Assembly: GCA_951406725.2 (NCBI GenBank)
Contig: OX597814.1
Coordinates: forward strand, 97,526,001-97,590,000
Direction: 5' to 3'
DNA length: 64,000 bases
Origin: Octopus vulgaris
Taxonomy: Eukaryota
This document shows positions 13,459-26,501 of the stretch, in pieces. Position 1 is the first letter of the stretch. Every line of letters starts with the position of its first letter. A program made the translations under genes and the position numbers. The notes under the pieces are model-generated. The model was not told the origin of the DNA. It saw only the letters and a program-made list of their open reading frames with translations, and did not search any database.

Positions 13459-14021
13459 GTATGTGTGTGTGTGCGTGCGTGCGTGTATGTATATGTATGT
13501 ATGCATGTATGTATGTATGTAAAATGGTCTGTTTCTTCACCAAAGGTCATTGCTCCAAACGTTAAATCAAGTCTCTTCCTTTTCCTTGCAGCGATTGATT
13601 AAATATGCCTTAGTATTTTCGTTGATGCTTCTGCGCACAATTTTGTGCCTAGAGGTAAACTTCCATATGTATTCCTCGTGTATACTGATATCATAATGAA
13701 TTTTGATAACTATTTCTGTTCCTAGCCTGAAGTGCTGATGCAGAATACACTTTAGATTGTGCATTTACTACTGGATAAAACAAAATATATGAGACCTCCT
13801 CATGAACTCTTGGACGCTAACTTAAAATCATTAAGCCATGTATACATACATACACACATACATGCATACATATATACATATATATGTATGTATATACACA
13901 CACATATATGTATATATATATATATGTATATGTTTGTATATATATATATATATATACATATACACACATACACATACATATATATATGTGTGTATGTGCG
14001 TATATATACATAATACATACA

Positions 14022-14063
<42 letters not shown>

Positions 14064-14770
14064 TAGTTGATTACTTAAAAATATTATTTTCACACCTACG
14101 AGTGCAATATTGCAATGATGAACTCGTAGGAGAGAAACAATAGTGGCTTTGTCGCAAACAACAATTACTTTTTAAAATATACAATCACCCCTTTTAAAAG
14201 TGTCTATTATTTTTTTTTAATTAGGACAGTGGTTATTCTTGCCGTAAATTACGAGATAATCAACATACGCACGCACGCACACACACACACACACACACAC
14301 ACAAACATTATGTACCTATGTGTGTGTGTGTGTGTGCATAAATTCTTACATGCATACACGCATGTATATGCATATACTTTATTTGTGGGCTAACAAGGCT
14401 ACCTATGATTTCCTGTAGAAAGAAATCTCCCAATAATTATCGAGTTTTCTCTCGGCATGAAACCATTGGTAACTTTGTTAACCTATAAATAAAGAATATT
14501 TATCCACCAATGCAGTGTTAAGTAATTATTTTCACTGTTCGATATTAGCACGCGCGCGTGTGTAAATATTGTGTGTATGTGTGTGTGTATGCACACACAT
14601 GCACATGTATAGACAGACAGATACATACAGACTTATATACATGCATACATGCATACATACATACATACATACATACATACATACATACATACATACATAC
14701 ATACATACATACATACATACATACATACATACATACATACATACATACATACATACATACATACATACGA
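13410..14770. repeat. Microsatellite-rich block (CT)n, (TA)n, (CA)n, (CATA)n
   Basis: Directly visible tracts at ~13413-13520, 13840-14060, 14270-14340 and 14650-14768. Confidence 0.9.
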
Positions 14771-15499
14771 TGCATATACATTTAGAGATTACTATAGGAA
14801 CAATAAGTATTGAATACTATAGTAGAAATTACCAATATTTTTAATTGACCTGTACAATTTAAATCCCCTTCCGCTGTCCACAAGGTAATCTATACACTCG
14901 ATAGGATGGGGTAGTTATGTGTTCCCCACTCGAGTCAACATTTGCCGTATTCCACACTGCTAACATAGAAAATGGGGTCGTTCCCAATCACTACTACACA
15001 ATTTACACCAGAAATGTACATTTATGATGTATTCATTGTAACAGATACTGATGAACGAACTTAAAAAAGATCTTGAAAATAACTCTATCCTTACATTCAT
15101 GATCCAACGGAGCTCTGACAAGAATTCAGATCATACCATTACACCATTCCTAAATATAAGTATAGCAATATGAACCAACACGTATATTGGTAAACGATAA
15201 TGAGGTGCAATATGCGTTGTAAAAAGATATTCTCTATCGCGGTGCTTAGTGATAGGCTGGTGATAGTGAATGTCCTCATCGACAGAAAACATCAGTAGTT
15301 AAGTCCCTTTTTAGACCAGCATGGGTATGACTTAAAACTACTTCCGGTAGTGGGACTCTGGCTCGAGAGCTCCTAGGTCTTGAGGAATGTGGAACCACCT
15401 CTCAGCCTTTATTGTTCCTGTGTCTATAAACCCGGAGTAGTTACCATTCGAGCCAGGGTGCGTTGAAACCATGGAATGCAGTACGGTGGATGGGAACTA

Positions 15500-15760
15500 T
15501 TTCGTCAGATGAACTTATTGAGTCAATGATGAATATCACTAGATGTAGTGCGGATGAACAGACGTCAGACAACAGTCATCAGCCAGGATCAACTAGTTCA
15601 GCTAGCAAACTACTGCTATACTCTGTAGTTGTGGAGAGATCAGATGTGATATTTCAGCTAGAGAAAGACCAATGTGACTGAAACCCAGGCTAGATATTCA
15701 TGCCTCATCGCCTGATCGAGCCGTCTGGCGTGGAAGATTTACATTGGTCCGGGCAAGTTT
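15500..15760 (+). mobile_element. Old LINE 3' fragment (RTE-X-like)
   Basis: ASKLLLY...IFQLEKD...DRAVWRGR resembles the C-terminal ASKLLLW...YIDQLxxD...DRxxWR of RTE-X-type ORF2. Confidence 0.4.
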
Positions 15761-15954
15761 CCCGACCTTGGTAGATGGATTAGAAGAGCATACAAGTTTT
15801 CATTCGTTAATGAAGTCTTAAGCAATGACATCCTAAATGTAAAACAGACATTAATAATTGTTATCAAAATTCATTCGTAGACTTGGCCATACAACAATAT
15901 CTGAACAAATTCACTCACACAGTTGCAACATATATCGTCCACGAAAAAGACACA

Positions 15955-16300
15955 GACGCAGGCATAGCTGTGTAGTTAAGAAGCTTGCTTTAAAACCACG
16001 TGGTTTCGGATTCGGTCCCACTGCGCGGTGCCTTGGGCAAATGTCTTCTACTAAAGCCTCGGCCCAACTCACCTTCTAAGTGAACTTGATCGACGAAAAT
16101 TGTATGTGTTTGTGTGTTTATCCCCAAACATTGCTAGACAACCAATACTGGTTTGTTTACGTTTCTGTAGCTTAGCGGTTCGGAAAAAGGGATCAATAGA
16201 ATAAATTCCAGGTTTTAAACTAAGTACCAGGGTTGACTTGTTCTACTAAAACCCTTCATGCCCTAGCGTAGCCACAGTCCAATGACTGAAACAAGTAAAA
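15955..16300 (+). mobile_element. CORE-like tRNA-derived SINE (family B)
   Basis: GACGCAGGCATAGCTGTGTAGTTAAGAAGCTTGC head and CCTTGGGCAAATGTCTTCTACT core-like motif. Related copies at ~9250-9390(-), 22100-22410(-), 33770-34040(-) and 39535-39825(-). Confidence 0.8.
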
Positions 16301-16941
16301 AGATAAAATAATAAACTACACATATCGTAAACTAAGACTATGACAATGAAATATACAAATATCTCATATATTCATAAAACAGTGCACAACTTGTAACACA
16401 GTTGACCACAAACTCAGTGTTAGAATATATTTCAACAACTCTAAAAAAAACAATTTCTTTATTAATTCAAAATCATAAGATAGTAAGCCACTGAAAATAC
16501 TACAGACAATCAATGAAATATATAAATATGTTTTAATACAAAAAATGCTTAGCGGCATTTTGTCCGTTATATGATATGAGTTTAAATTCCACCGAGGTTG
16601 ATTTTTCCTTTCCTCCTTTCGGGGTCGATAAAATAAGTGCTAATCATGCACTGGGATCAATGTAATCGATTTAAACTCTGCCGACCGAAATTGCTGGCCT
16701 TGTGCAAAAATTGTAAATCAGTATATATTTTAATACATAAAAGTGAACAAGAGGACCAGCTGGTAGGTAGAATCGTTACCGCGCCGGGCAAAATATTCAA
16801 CGGCATTTCGTACGTCATTGCGTCCTGAATTCAAATTCCACCGAAACAAGACCGAGTAATGAGGCTAGCACGCACGCATGCGCGCTTGTAAAATAGTTCA
16901 TGCGTGAGAAAGAAAATGCTTTGCAGTATTTTTTCTGGTTC

Positions 16942-17175
16942 AAGGCGGTGAGCTGGCAGAATCATTAGCACGCCAGGCGAAATGCTTAGCGGTATTTCGT
17001 CTGCCGCTACGTTCTGAGTTCAAATTCCGCCGAGGTCGACTTTGCCTTTCATCCTTCCGGGGTCGATTAAATAAGTACCAGTTACGCACTGGGGTCGATA
17101 TAATCAACTTAATCCGTTTGTCTGTCCTTGTTTGTCCTCTCTATGTTTAGCTCCTTGTGAGTAGTAAAGAAATAG
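16942..17175 (+). mobile_element. Young family A SINE inserted into an older related SINE, with a near-identical ~16 bp TSD
   Basis: Left flank GTATTTTTTCTGGTTC, right flank GTATTTTTTTATGGTTC; the host SINE resumes with TTTATGTTCTGAGTTCAA. Confidence 0.8.
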
Positions 17176-17457
17176 GTATTTTTTTATGGTTCTTTATGTT
17201 CTGAGTTCAATTCCCACTCAAGTCAACTTTTTCTTTCAACTTTGCCTTTCATCCTCTCGAGGCCGGTAAAATACCAATCAAGTACTCAGGTCAATGAACT
17301 TGACTAAACCCCCATTCACCATAAAATTGCTAAAAATCTGAAACAATCATTATTATTATTTGGCTGTAGTACAGAATTAGTTACTTATTTTATTGACTCA
17401 AGAAGGATGAAAGTCAAAATCGACATTAGTAGAACTGAGTTCCACACGACATAATAT

Positions 17458-17670
17458 CGGTTTCAACTTTTGGCACAAGGCCAGCAATTTCATGGGAGGG
17501 GTAAGTCGATTACATTGACCCCAGTGCTCAACTGGTACTTATTTTATCGACACTGAAAGAATGAAAGGCAAAGTCGACCTCAGCAGCATTTGAACACAGA
17601 GCGTAAAGATGGTCGAAATGCTTAGCAGCATTTTGCCCAGCACGTTAACGATTCTGCCAGCTCGCCACCT
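17458..17670 (-). mobile_element. Family A SINE, full length
   Basis: Reverse complement of head, body and GGCCTTGTGCCAAAAGTTGAAACC tail. Confidence 0.85.
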
Positions 17671-18029
17671 GAGCATGTGACATAATATTACTCACTAGAA
17701 ATTGTAAGAGCCTCGTTATGAGTAAACAATCAAATAAATTATATATGTGTGTTCTATGCAACTTTTTCTTAGTAATCTCTTTATTTATAATGTTTAAGAA
17801 ATAAACGAAGGTAAATCTGAAAGGGTTCCCTAGTGATGAAAGGAGATAACCATTTCTTCATGATATGAGGCGGAATGATAAAACTGAATTAAAAATTAAG
17901 AGTTCACGAAGGAAAAATGCAGAGAACTCACATATAGAATTTATTTGTCTACTTATAACGAAACTCTTGCGATTTCTAGTAATATGTCACCATGAAGCAC
18001 CAATTTCTCTTGGCTCTAGAAGAAAAGTG

Positions 18030-19450
18030 TCCTTTGCACATTTCTTTTTAGCATACTTTCATGTAATTCAAAAGAATGAAACTTTTGTTTTGCTCACAGC
18101 TTCCAATTCTTTTGAGTTCCAATTGTTTTCAGATTTGGTGTATTGATGTAGTTTTGCATGCTAATTATAGAAATGGAATTCATTTTCGTCATAGATTAAC
18201 AAATAAAAAGCTAATAGCTTTCTTAAAGTTTACAGATTTCGGGTAATTTTAGCCAATCGAAAGCCACAGACATATTGGTGCTCGTTTCCATAGTAACAAG
18301 CCAACGTATAATCTGCTTTCCAACCACGTATACTTTACCCATCTGTTGCTGTTCTGTCACTACAACATTTTTATAATTTTAAACTGTGTGTTTTGAGAAA
18401 TGAACTGATATTTTCGGTTGTGTTTACCTTGAAGAACTGGGAACGAGTTGATTACAGCAGCTATGTTCATGAAAATATGTGCGGAGGGTCTGCTCCGCAA
18501 CCCAGTTCAGATTGGTGGTCCTGGGAAGATTATTGAGGTAGAAGGAATAGTCTTCTCAAGATGTAAATACAACTGAGGAAGTGTGCTACCTGAGCAGTGG
18601 GCTTTTGGAAGAATGTTTCGCAAGGCCAGACATGTTTTTCTTTAAGCGGTACCATATCAAAATCGCGACACGCCAGATGAATGCATACGCCAATCGATTC
18701 TTGCAGGAGCCACAATTTTCAGTGATTTGTGGAGAACCTACTCTCACATTCTTGAAATTGATGGTTATAATTTTCGACATAGAACTAAACCACTGCGTTA
18801 GGTTTATTAACTCGAATGATGGTACCCACACGTAACAAATGGAAAGCACATGCGCCTGTGTAAAATGGAGTAATAAACGACGCTGTGGCACCCACCATTC
18901 TATGGTTGACTCGTATCTCTGAGAGTTTATATGGCGCAGGAGATACGAAAATTGTAATTTTCTTGACAAATTCCTAGTGTGTATCTCAAACTTTCGTTCT
19001 TGAATTTTCGCTACAAAAAATGTATTGTTTCCATGAATTCTTTTTTTTTTCTTTGTAATTTAATGTTCAGTTTTCTTTTTTAATTTTGTAATTTTTCGCA
19101 AAAAAAATTGAGGATTTTCCTTTATATATTGTTTATATGGCTGTTCCAACATTTCACATGGCTTTATTCATTAAAACTTATTAAAACGTCCGTTGACTCG
19201 TCGTAATGAGTTATCTAATGTCATAAACAGCTACCAAGCACAAAATCCCAGCTTTCAAATCCTATTTTCTGATTGAATAAAAACAATCGAACTTCAAGCC
19301 TCTAATATTTTTCAAAAAAATTTCTTGAACATGTGAATAACAAAATCAGATTCAGCGTAAAAAATTACATCAATATACAAAGTTCGAAAATTTTCAGTTA
19401 ATTTCAAAATTTCAGAAACTGTGAGCGAAACAGAAAATATGCAAAGGAAT
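18030..19450 (+). mobile_element. Internally deleted DNA transposon with degenerate long inverted repeats, carrying a Merlin-type transposase remnant
   Basis: Left TTTGCTCACAGCTTCC...GTATTGATGTAGTTTTGCATGCT matches the reverse complement of right AGCGTAAAAAATTACATCAATATAC...AAACTGTGAGCGAAA; CCTTTGCACATTT and AATATGCAAAGG also pair. Exact termini and TSD not resolved. Confidence 0.6.
18447..18990 (+). pseudogene. Merlin / IS1595-family (ISXO2-like DDE) transposase pseudogene
   Basis: Translation across stops and frameshifts: QIGGPGKIIEVEGIVFSRCKYN*GSVLPEQWAFGRM...ILAGATIFSDLWRTY...NHCVRFINSNDGTHT*QMEST...GTHHSMVDSYL*EFIWRRRY. This matches Merlin motifs IGGxGxxVExDE, QWVFGG, GTxIxSDxWxxY, NHSxxF, HTNxIES and YLxEFxWR. 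Confidence 0.88.
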
Positions 19451-20250
19451 TTATTGTTATAGGTTGGGAAAATGCAGCAAGCCGGTAGAATCGTTATTGC
19501 GCCGGAGAATATGCTTAGCGATTTTTTCCCTGGTACTTTACATTCTGAGTTTAAATTTCACCGAGGTCGACCTTGCTTTTCATCCTGTAGCAGTCAACAA
19601 AATAAGCACCAGTTTGAGCACTGGGAGTCGATGTAATCGACTTGCACCCCGTCATTAAATTTCATTAAAATATTTATAGATTAGAAAGTCTCACGATTAT
19701 TTCCTAAATTTTCGCATGAAAAACATTATATATAGTGATCTATTGTTTAACTTCTAAGTTAGCTGTGCCCGAGCGCACTTATACCCATGGGTGTTCTAGA
19801 TTTTACATCCATCGTTTTCTAAAATGTAGGACATTATCGAATGTGTTCTTTTTGAATAAAACAATAGGATGTGATTGGAGATGTGTTTGACTGCAGTTTC
19901 TAGCAAGTCGGGAGTTTATTGGAGGATTCCCCATAATCTTGTTGACGAATCCTTCATACTTCTTGATTCGCTTCTGTTTCTCCATTTTTAACTACAGCAG
20001 CCAACTTACTGTTCACGAGCAAACGAAGAAGTTTATGTAATCAATCAACTTGGAAGAAATAGCAAACTCTCTCTCAAATCACGCCTTAAAGTCTTTATAA
20101 AAGAGTACATTAAATAATGTAATCCTAGATATATTGCCTGAATGAAAGACAGAATGGTCAAGACTGGGACGCTTTTAATATATATGTTTAATCGATTACA
20201 GGTGATTTGGAACTAAATACCAGCTTTTTCTCTCTTTTTCCCTCTCCTTA

Positions 20251-20287
<37 letters not shown>

Positions 20288-21723
20288 GACTTCCTTTATA
20301 ACAGCTCTTCTTCAAGCTGTTCAACAGAGGGAAATTTATTACTAAATCTATAATTTTCTACTTGGTCACCATATCTATGCAAGCGTAATTCTATGCCCTT
20401 TTTTTTCTTTTTTTCTTCTTTTCCTTGAAAATAAATCAATGTTATCTCAAGTAGACGGTGCCTTAATTCGACAACAACGGCAGCAGAAACTGCCAATCAC
20501 CAACTGGGTGATCCAATTAGGTAACTCGACAGCATCCTAGTAAACACAAGGCAAAGTAATCGCTAACATTATTGTCTTTGACCTGTTTCTGGATTAGCTG
20601 ACACGTTTATCTCTTTCTCTCTCTGACTCGCTCACGTTTTCTTTCCCCTCTCTCACTCTCTCTCTCATTTTCTCCCCACCTCTCTCTCTCTTTCTTTCTT
20701 TCTCTTTCATTCTTTCTCCCTATCTCTTACTATAACATTATAATGATTTGCTTCATTTAGAAGCTCTTTCACTAATTATTAACACTATCGTATCGCAAAT
20801 ATCTTTATCGTCTTCAACATTCCTGGCAAAAACGACAGTAACGCTTGTTAATACACCTCTATGACTTACTCCAACCACAGTGAACCCACCAATTAGGAAG
20901 CTCTAGAGGGGTCACTCGACATACTTAAAATTTCCTTCGAGTTACACCCTGCAGTCTTTAAAGAAGGTATTAATACATTGGATAAGTTAGCCCTAGTAAA
21001 ACTATGTCTGGAAATAAGTCGGAGTGAGTGTGCATAGAACATTTTTCATGATAGCTGTGCTCGAACTGTGTTGAGTTGGAGTTAAACAAAACTTTCAAAC
21101 TACGCTTAGTCTTCATATAGTAAAAACAGCTTTAAATATTTTCTAGTTTATGATGATATTACAATTTACAAGAAGTCTTTACAGCTGAAACTAGAATTTT
21201 AAATGTGACATAGGAAAATAGATCCCCTGTAGTTAATTGAGAAATAAGTCTTTTTTTTTCAGTTATGACACGTTGTATTTCCGTTGTGTTAGAAGTGGAT
21301 ATAATAGGGTATCACCCTGCAGCACTTACAGTCCTGTGCTTTCATAGACTGAGTTAGATCCTTGAAAGGAAAGAGAGAGTAAAGAAAGTGAGGGAGATAG
21401 AGAGAAAGAGAAAGTGAGAGAGACAGAGAGAAAGAGAGAGTTCTACAAGAGTAGCAGCAAGCTCGAGAATACTGGCTTTAAGAATAATCGGGGGGTTAAC
21501 ATCAAGACTTACAGGTTGTTATTAACTGAAAAGTTATTTGCTCACGGTGAGACAGGTAAAGCAGCGAACTGGAGCTTGGGATCAGTTTTGTTGTGTGTAC
21601 ACAACGTGGGGCTGGGATAAAATAATTAACAATTGATATTAGGCAATAAGCACCTAAAGAAGACGAGAGAGGGACAATTTTTAACAAATGTTGTCTTAAT
21701 TAACGTTAAAAAGAAGGTAAAGA

Positions 21724-21761
21724 GTCTTGACGTTTCGGATGCTAGTCCTTCGTCAGAAAAA
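21724..21761 (-). ncRNA. Minimal type I hammerhead-ribozyme motif (Penelope/retrozyme-type)
   Basis: Minus strand reads TTTTT-CTGACGA-A-GGA-CTAGCA-TCC-GAAAC-GTC-AAGAC. Core intact, 3-bp stem II, palindromic loopless stem III (ACGT), GUC triplet; stem I is weak. Confidence 0.6.
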
Positions 21762-23662
21762 CATTGAGAAAAATGTGGAGAAAATAAGAAAGAATGAAAA
21801 AAGTGGTTGAAAAAGGTGGGGATAATGATCATCAGCAAATGTGCTGTTCACAAATCTACCTCGGTAGAGGAATATTAAGCACAGTAAGCAGAGGTCCTCT
21901 CTGTAAAAGACTTGAAATTTATATATACTGAAGCAAACTGGGGAAGCAATTTAAAAATTGAAGTTGTCGAAAACCCGCCACTTGTGTGTATAGTATTACC
22001 ATGTGTTTGTGAAAAAGGTGAAATGTTGATTGTTAGAAATAATATCATTGGGAAAGGAAAATGACGATTTAAAATTTTTTCCACGAGGGCAAACCTCGAC
22101 TTTATTGGTATTTCTATAGATCTATTTTGCCGAAGCGCTTAGCTGCAGGGGTGTAAATAAACCATCACCGGTTATCACGCGTGAGTGGGGCTGGAGGTGT
22201 GACATACACGGACAAAAAGACACATACACACAGAAACAAATTTTTATGACGAACTTCCACACAGTTGCCGTCTACCAAATATCCTCAGAAGTCATTGATC
22301 GACCCGAAACAATAGTAGAAGATACTTGCTCAATGTGCCGCGCAATGGGACTGAACCAGAAAGAACACGGTTCCAAAGCGAGCTTCTTAACAACACAGCC
22401 ATACCTGCGCCTATTGATTCTTATTTTATTAATTTCGAGTGGATAAATGACAAAGACAAACAGAACAGGATTTGAATTCAGAACATAAAAATGATATAAA
22501 CACTACAAAGTATTTATTTTATTTTATTCGACGCTCTACTGATTCTGCTACCCACATGAACCAAAAGAATTTCAAACACAAAATTATTCTTCGCTATTGG
22601 TATTATTTACAGCTTTATATGTACTTCGAGAACCAATTCCCAAAAAGAATTTAGCCATGTGCTCTCGAAAGTTTATAAATTCTTGTGACATCAACAACAT
22701 AATGGTAGGAATAAAGCTTCTGAAACGTACAGATAAATTCGGAGGATTGCTTTGGTACAATGGCAGAACACCTGTCATGTCTGCATGGGATGCGGGTTTG
22801 AGTTACACAGGTAGCCTTCGACTTTTGCTATCCTAAAATATTTTTCAACCCGATATTTACGTGTTATTATTTAGAACTTTATATGTGCTTCGACACGTAT
22901 GACCTATTGCTAGGGTGTTGTACTCATGATCATGATTTCAATTCCTAGACCGAGTGGTACGTTGTGTTCATGAGCAAAACATTTCATCTCACGTTGCTCT
23001 GTAATCACTTCGATACCTGAAGCGTGGTACATCGTGCACCTGTTCAGGTAACATCGATTTCATGGAAGGAGCGCGCTAGTGTACATCACATACATTTGAC
23101 CACTATAAACAATTCATTTGTGCAGATCGTCCGGCAAAAGCTGAACACTCACACGTCGTCTTCGATGGAAGAGTCCATCATATGTACTTCGAGAAATAGT
23201 TTAAAAAATACTTTCGAATGTACTTTCGAAAATTTATTAATATTTTTTTTCTTTTTTCTTTTACTTCAACAAAATAAAATTTCAACTCCCGTACAGGAAT
23301 ACGGTAGGAATGATATCGACTCCAGAAAATAGGAAGACAAAGAAAGAAGGTAACAAATAGCGTCTCAATGAGAGAAAGAAGGGAGAGGTAAAGAGAGAGA
23401 GAGAGAGAATCAGAGGTATATTGAGAGAAGGAGAGAGGGAGCAGACAGAAAACAGTTGAATAATTTGTGAATCTTTCCTTATAAAATGATGTTACGTATG
23501 TAGATGTTGTTGGCACTACATTGAAGAGACTTGCCAATGAAGGATTTGAACTAAATAAGCCCATTGAAATAGTTATGAGTTAAAAATCATCCAACAAAAT
23601 TTGTATGCTCGATGGTAAAAATGACATAAGTATCGTGTAAATAGTTATACGATATATTTCTT

Positions 23663-23753
23663 AATAAACTAAAGTTTATTTAAAATTTTAGTTTAAAATA
23701 AACTAAAGCTTATTTAAAATTTTAGTTTAAAATAAACTAAAGTTTATTTAAAA
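23663..23753. repeat. 34-bp AT-rich minisatellite, ~2.7 copies
   Basis: Unit TAAACTAAAGTTTATTTAAAATTTTAGTTTAAAA. Confidence 0.85.
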
Positions 23754-26339
23754 GTTATGTATAGCTAATTAGCATTGCTGGTGTCTTCTTCCTGTTTTTT
23801 GTTTGTTTTTGTGTTGTTTTATTTTTACTACTTGTGTTCGAAAGTTTCGATTTGATGTCTTGGATCAGATAAACTACCAATATATCTTTCTTAAAACTCA
23901 GGTAATTACAATATTAGACAGTTAACTTGACTAACAAATAACAATAAAATTCATACAAACCAAAACAACTTTTGACAAATATTTTTGCGTAGTATTTTCA
24001 AAACATTATAAAAAGAGAGCTAAGAATTAAAGCACGGAGAAACATTTTCTCTATAACAAGTATTAGTGATAGGAAAAGAATATTTATAAAAACACTTTTT
24101 GTTGTTACTTTCTTTTTAAAAAATCAATAAATTTCACGACTTTGTGTTGTACTTACTTGGTAGTGGCTTTGCCAAATTTTGAATTGATACCACAATGACG
24201 CCATTATAGCGAGTACTGTTGAAGACTTGCTATTTCATGTTTCTCACAAGTGACCCCTTGCCTTTGGAACAGTGAAAGTAATATTGACATCGGTAAAACC
24301 TGCAAACGTGTTTGGGTTAGAAACATCTTGCATATGGTTTGCATCTAACTTTTGTTTCTTGTACCAGAACCTTCTTTCCAGACTGCACCATTGTAGAGTG
24401 TGCCAACGAAGCTTTTACCGACCCACATTCAGTTGACTTTAGTATATCATAACGTTCAGTAATATTTCCCACATACTTCCTTTACATTAATGTAACATTA
24501 ATGACAAGCATTCCTAATGTCTCTTGTGACAACACACTCCATCATAGAAGATACTAAACTTTACATAACTCAGGCACCTTCCTCAACACCAGAACACTTC
24601 ATATGAGACACACGCTGAATTTAACTCAATTATTGAATAAACAATGGTCGATTATATTGGTCATGACTGAAAATTATTGCTTACAGTGAGACATTTTGAA
24701 CAATTATGAATTTTCGCATAAAGAAATATAGGGTTACGTAAGCAAAGCATTCGAGGATTATGAAATCTGGATTAAAAAATTGGCCATATTCAGATTATTA
24801 GTTCGATTGTTTATCCATCATTAGATTTAGCTGCTTTTCTATATTAAAGTTAATAAAAGCGATTGAAAAGTAAAACACAGCTAATAGGAACATGATTATT
24901 ATGAAAGCCTATTATGTTTTCTAATTATCATGTCATCACAAATTATAATAAACAATATACAAGATTTCTTATCTTCTCTAAATGCGGTTGCCTTAGTTAC
25001 AGTAGTCGCCTTGGTTATAGTAATTATACTCTTTCTGTTTCTTTATTTTGTTTTCGTTAATTTTGATGTTACACGATAACGTTTAGGAGGTGTAATTAGT
25101 CAGGTTTGTCGAATAGAGCAGAGATCGAGAAATATTGTTACAACTAACATTGTAATACGAACAACACAAAGTCATTTATCATGACATGAGTTGCTGGTTA
25201 GCAAAATGAAAATATCGGATGGTTTGAGACAATTTTTCCTAATAAAAGCTAAACAAGATAAAGAAATATATCACCAGCTGGGAATGACACAAATTTTATC
25301 TCTAGGATAAAAATAAAATGGCATATCTTTAAATATTGTATATTAAGGCGGGGAAAACTGAAGGACAGTTTGTATATATATGTATGAGAAAGAGTGAATG
25401 CATACACAGAGTAGACGATATAGTTTATATAAATTGAATAATTTTTGTCGCGGCTCGAGCTTCACACTGCTACGATCTTTCAAGCGAATGTTTTTTTTTT
25501 TTTTTCTGTAATTCAAGCTCTTTCTTTTGTGTGACCATTGTTATCGTTGGTTACATTCTAAATCATAAATTGGTAAGCTCATGACGTTTTAATTATTGTC
25601 ATACTATCGATTTCATTATGCCAATACTTTTGATATTTTGTTTTTATTGGTTGATATCATTATAATATCCGGTTTCATAAAATTCTTATATTGATTGATG
25701 ACTGTATTGACTTTGTATCAGATTTGACTGCTGTCGCTAAACTTTGTTTTATTACTGTGTTCTTTATTGTTTACTTTATACACTGTCTAAATTACCATTA
25801 ATTTTCATTTTAAATTTCGTTGGTTATTATTTTTTTTTTCTGATCAATCTCAGTTGTTCTGCTTGGATCAGCCTTACCATGGCTTTTCTAACTTCTCCAT
25901 TTCTGCTATTTATCCTGTTTGGGAATACAAGCTAGGTTTAAAAAATGAATCTATTTCTAGTGTCTGGAATGTAATATCATCTCATTTCTTTTGTTGAAGT
26001 AGCATATTTGCTGCGTAATTACGTTTATATTGCGGAACGAGTACATATGTATGCATATAAAACTTTGAATATTTTGCTTGTTGCTCTGAAACAGCTTATA
26101 ATGAGCTATTTCCGCTTACGATGCTGTTCCCATGTAAATGAAGTCTTCTTTCTTTAAAGCAAATTACTCTTACCGAGCACAGTTCTGATCTATTTTGATT
26201 TATTTTTAGTAATTGAGATGCTAGTTACAGGATATTTTGCTACTTATAGATTGGTTAGCGCATTTTTGGTCTTATATGCTATATGTGTATATTTATGTGC
26301 ATGCAAGTATATGTTTTGGTGTGTGCGTATATTATTTTT

Positions 26340-26500
<161 letters not shown>

Positions 26501-26501
26501 T

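Noticed and set aside
20296-20496. 66-aa minus-strand ORF (GIELRLHRYGDQVENYRF...)
   Set aside because: No recognisable domain, contains a poly-A-derived lysine run, and no partner exons were identified.
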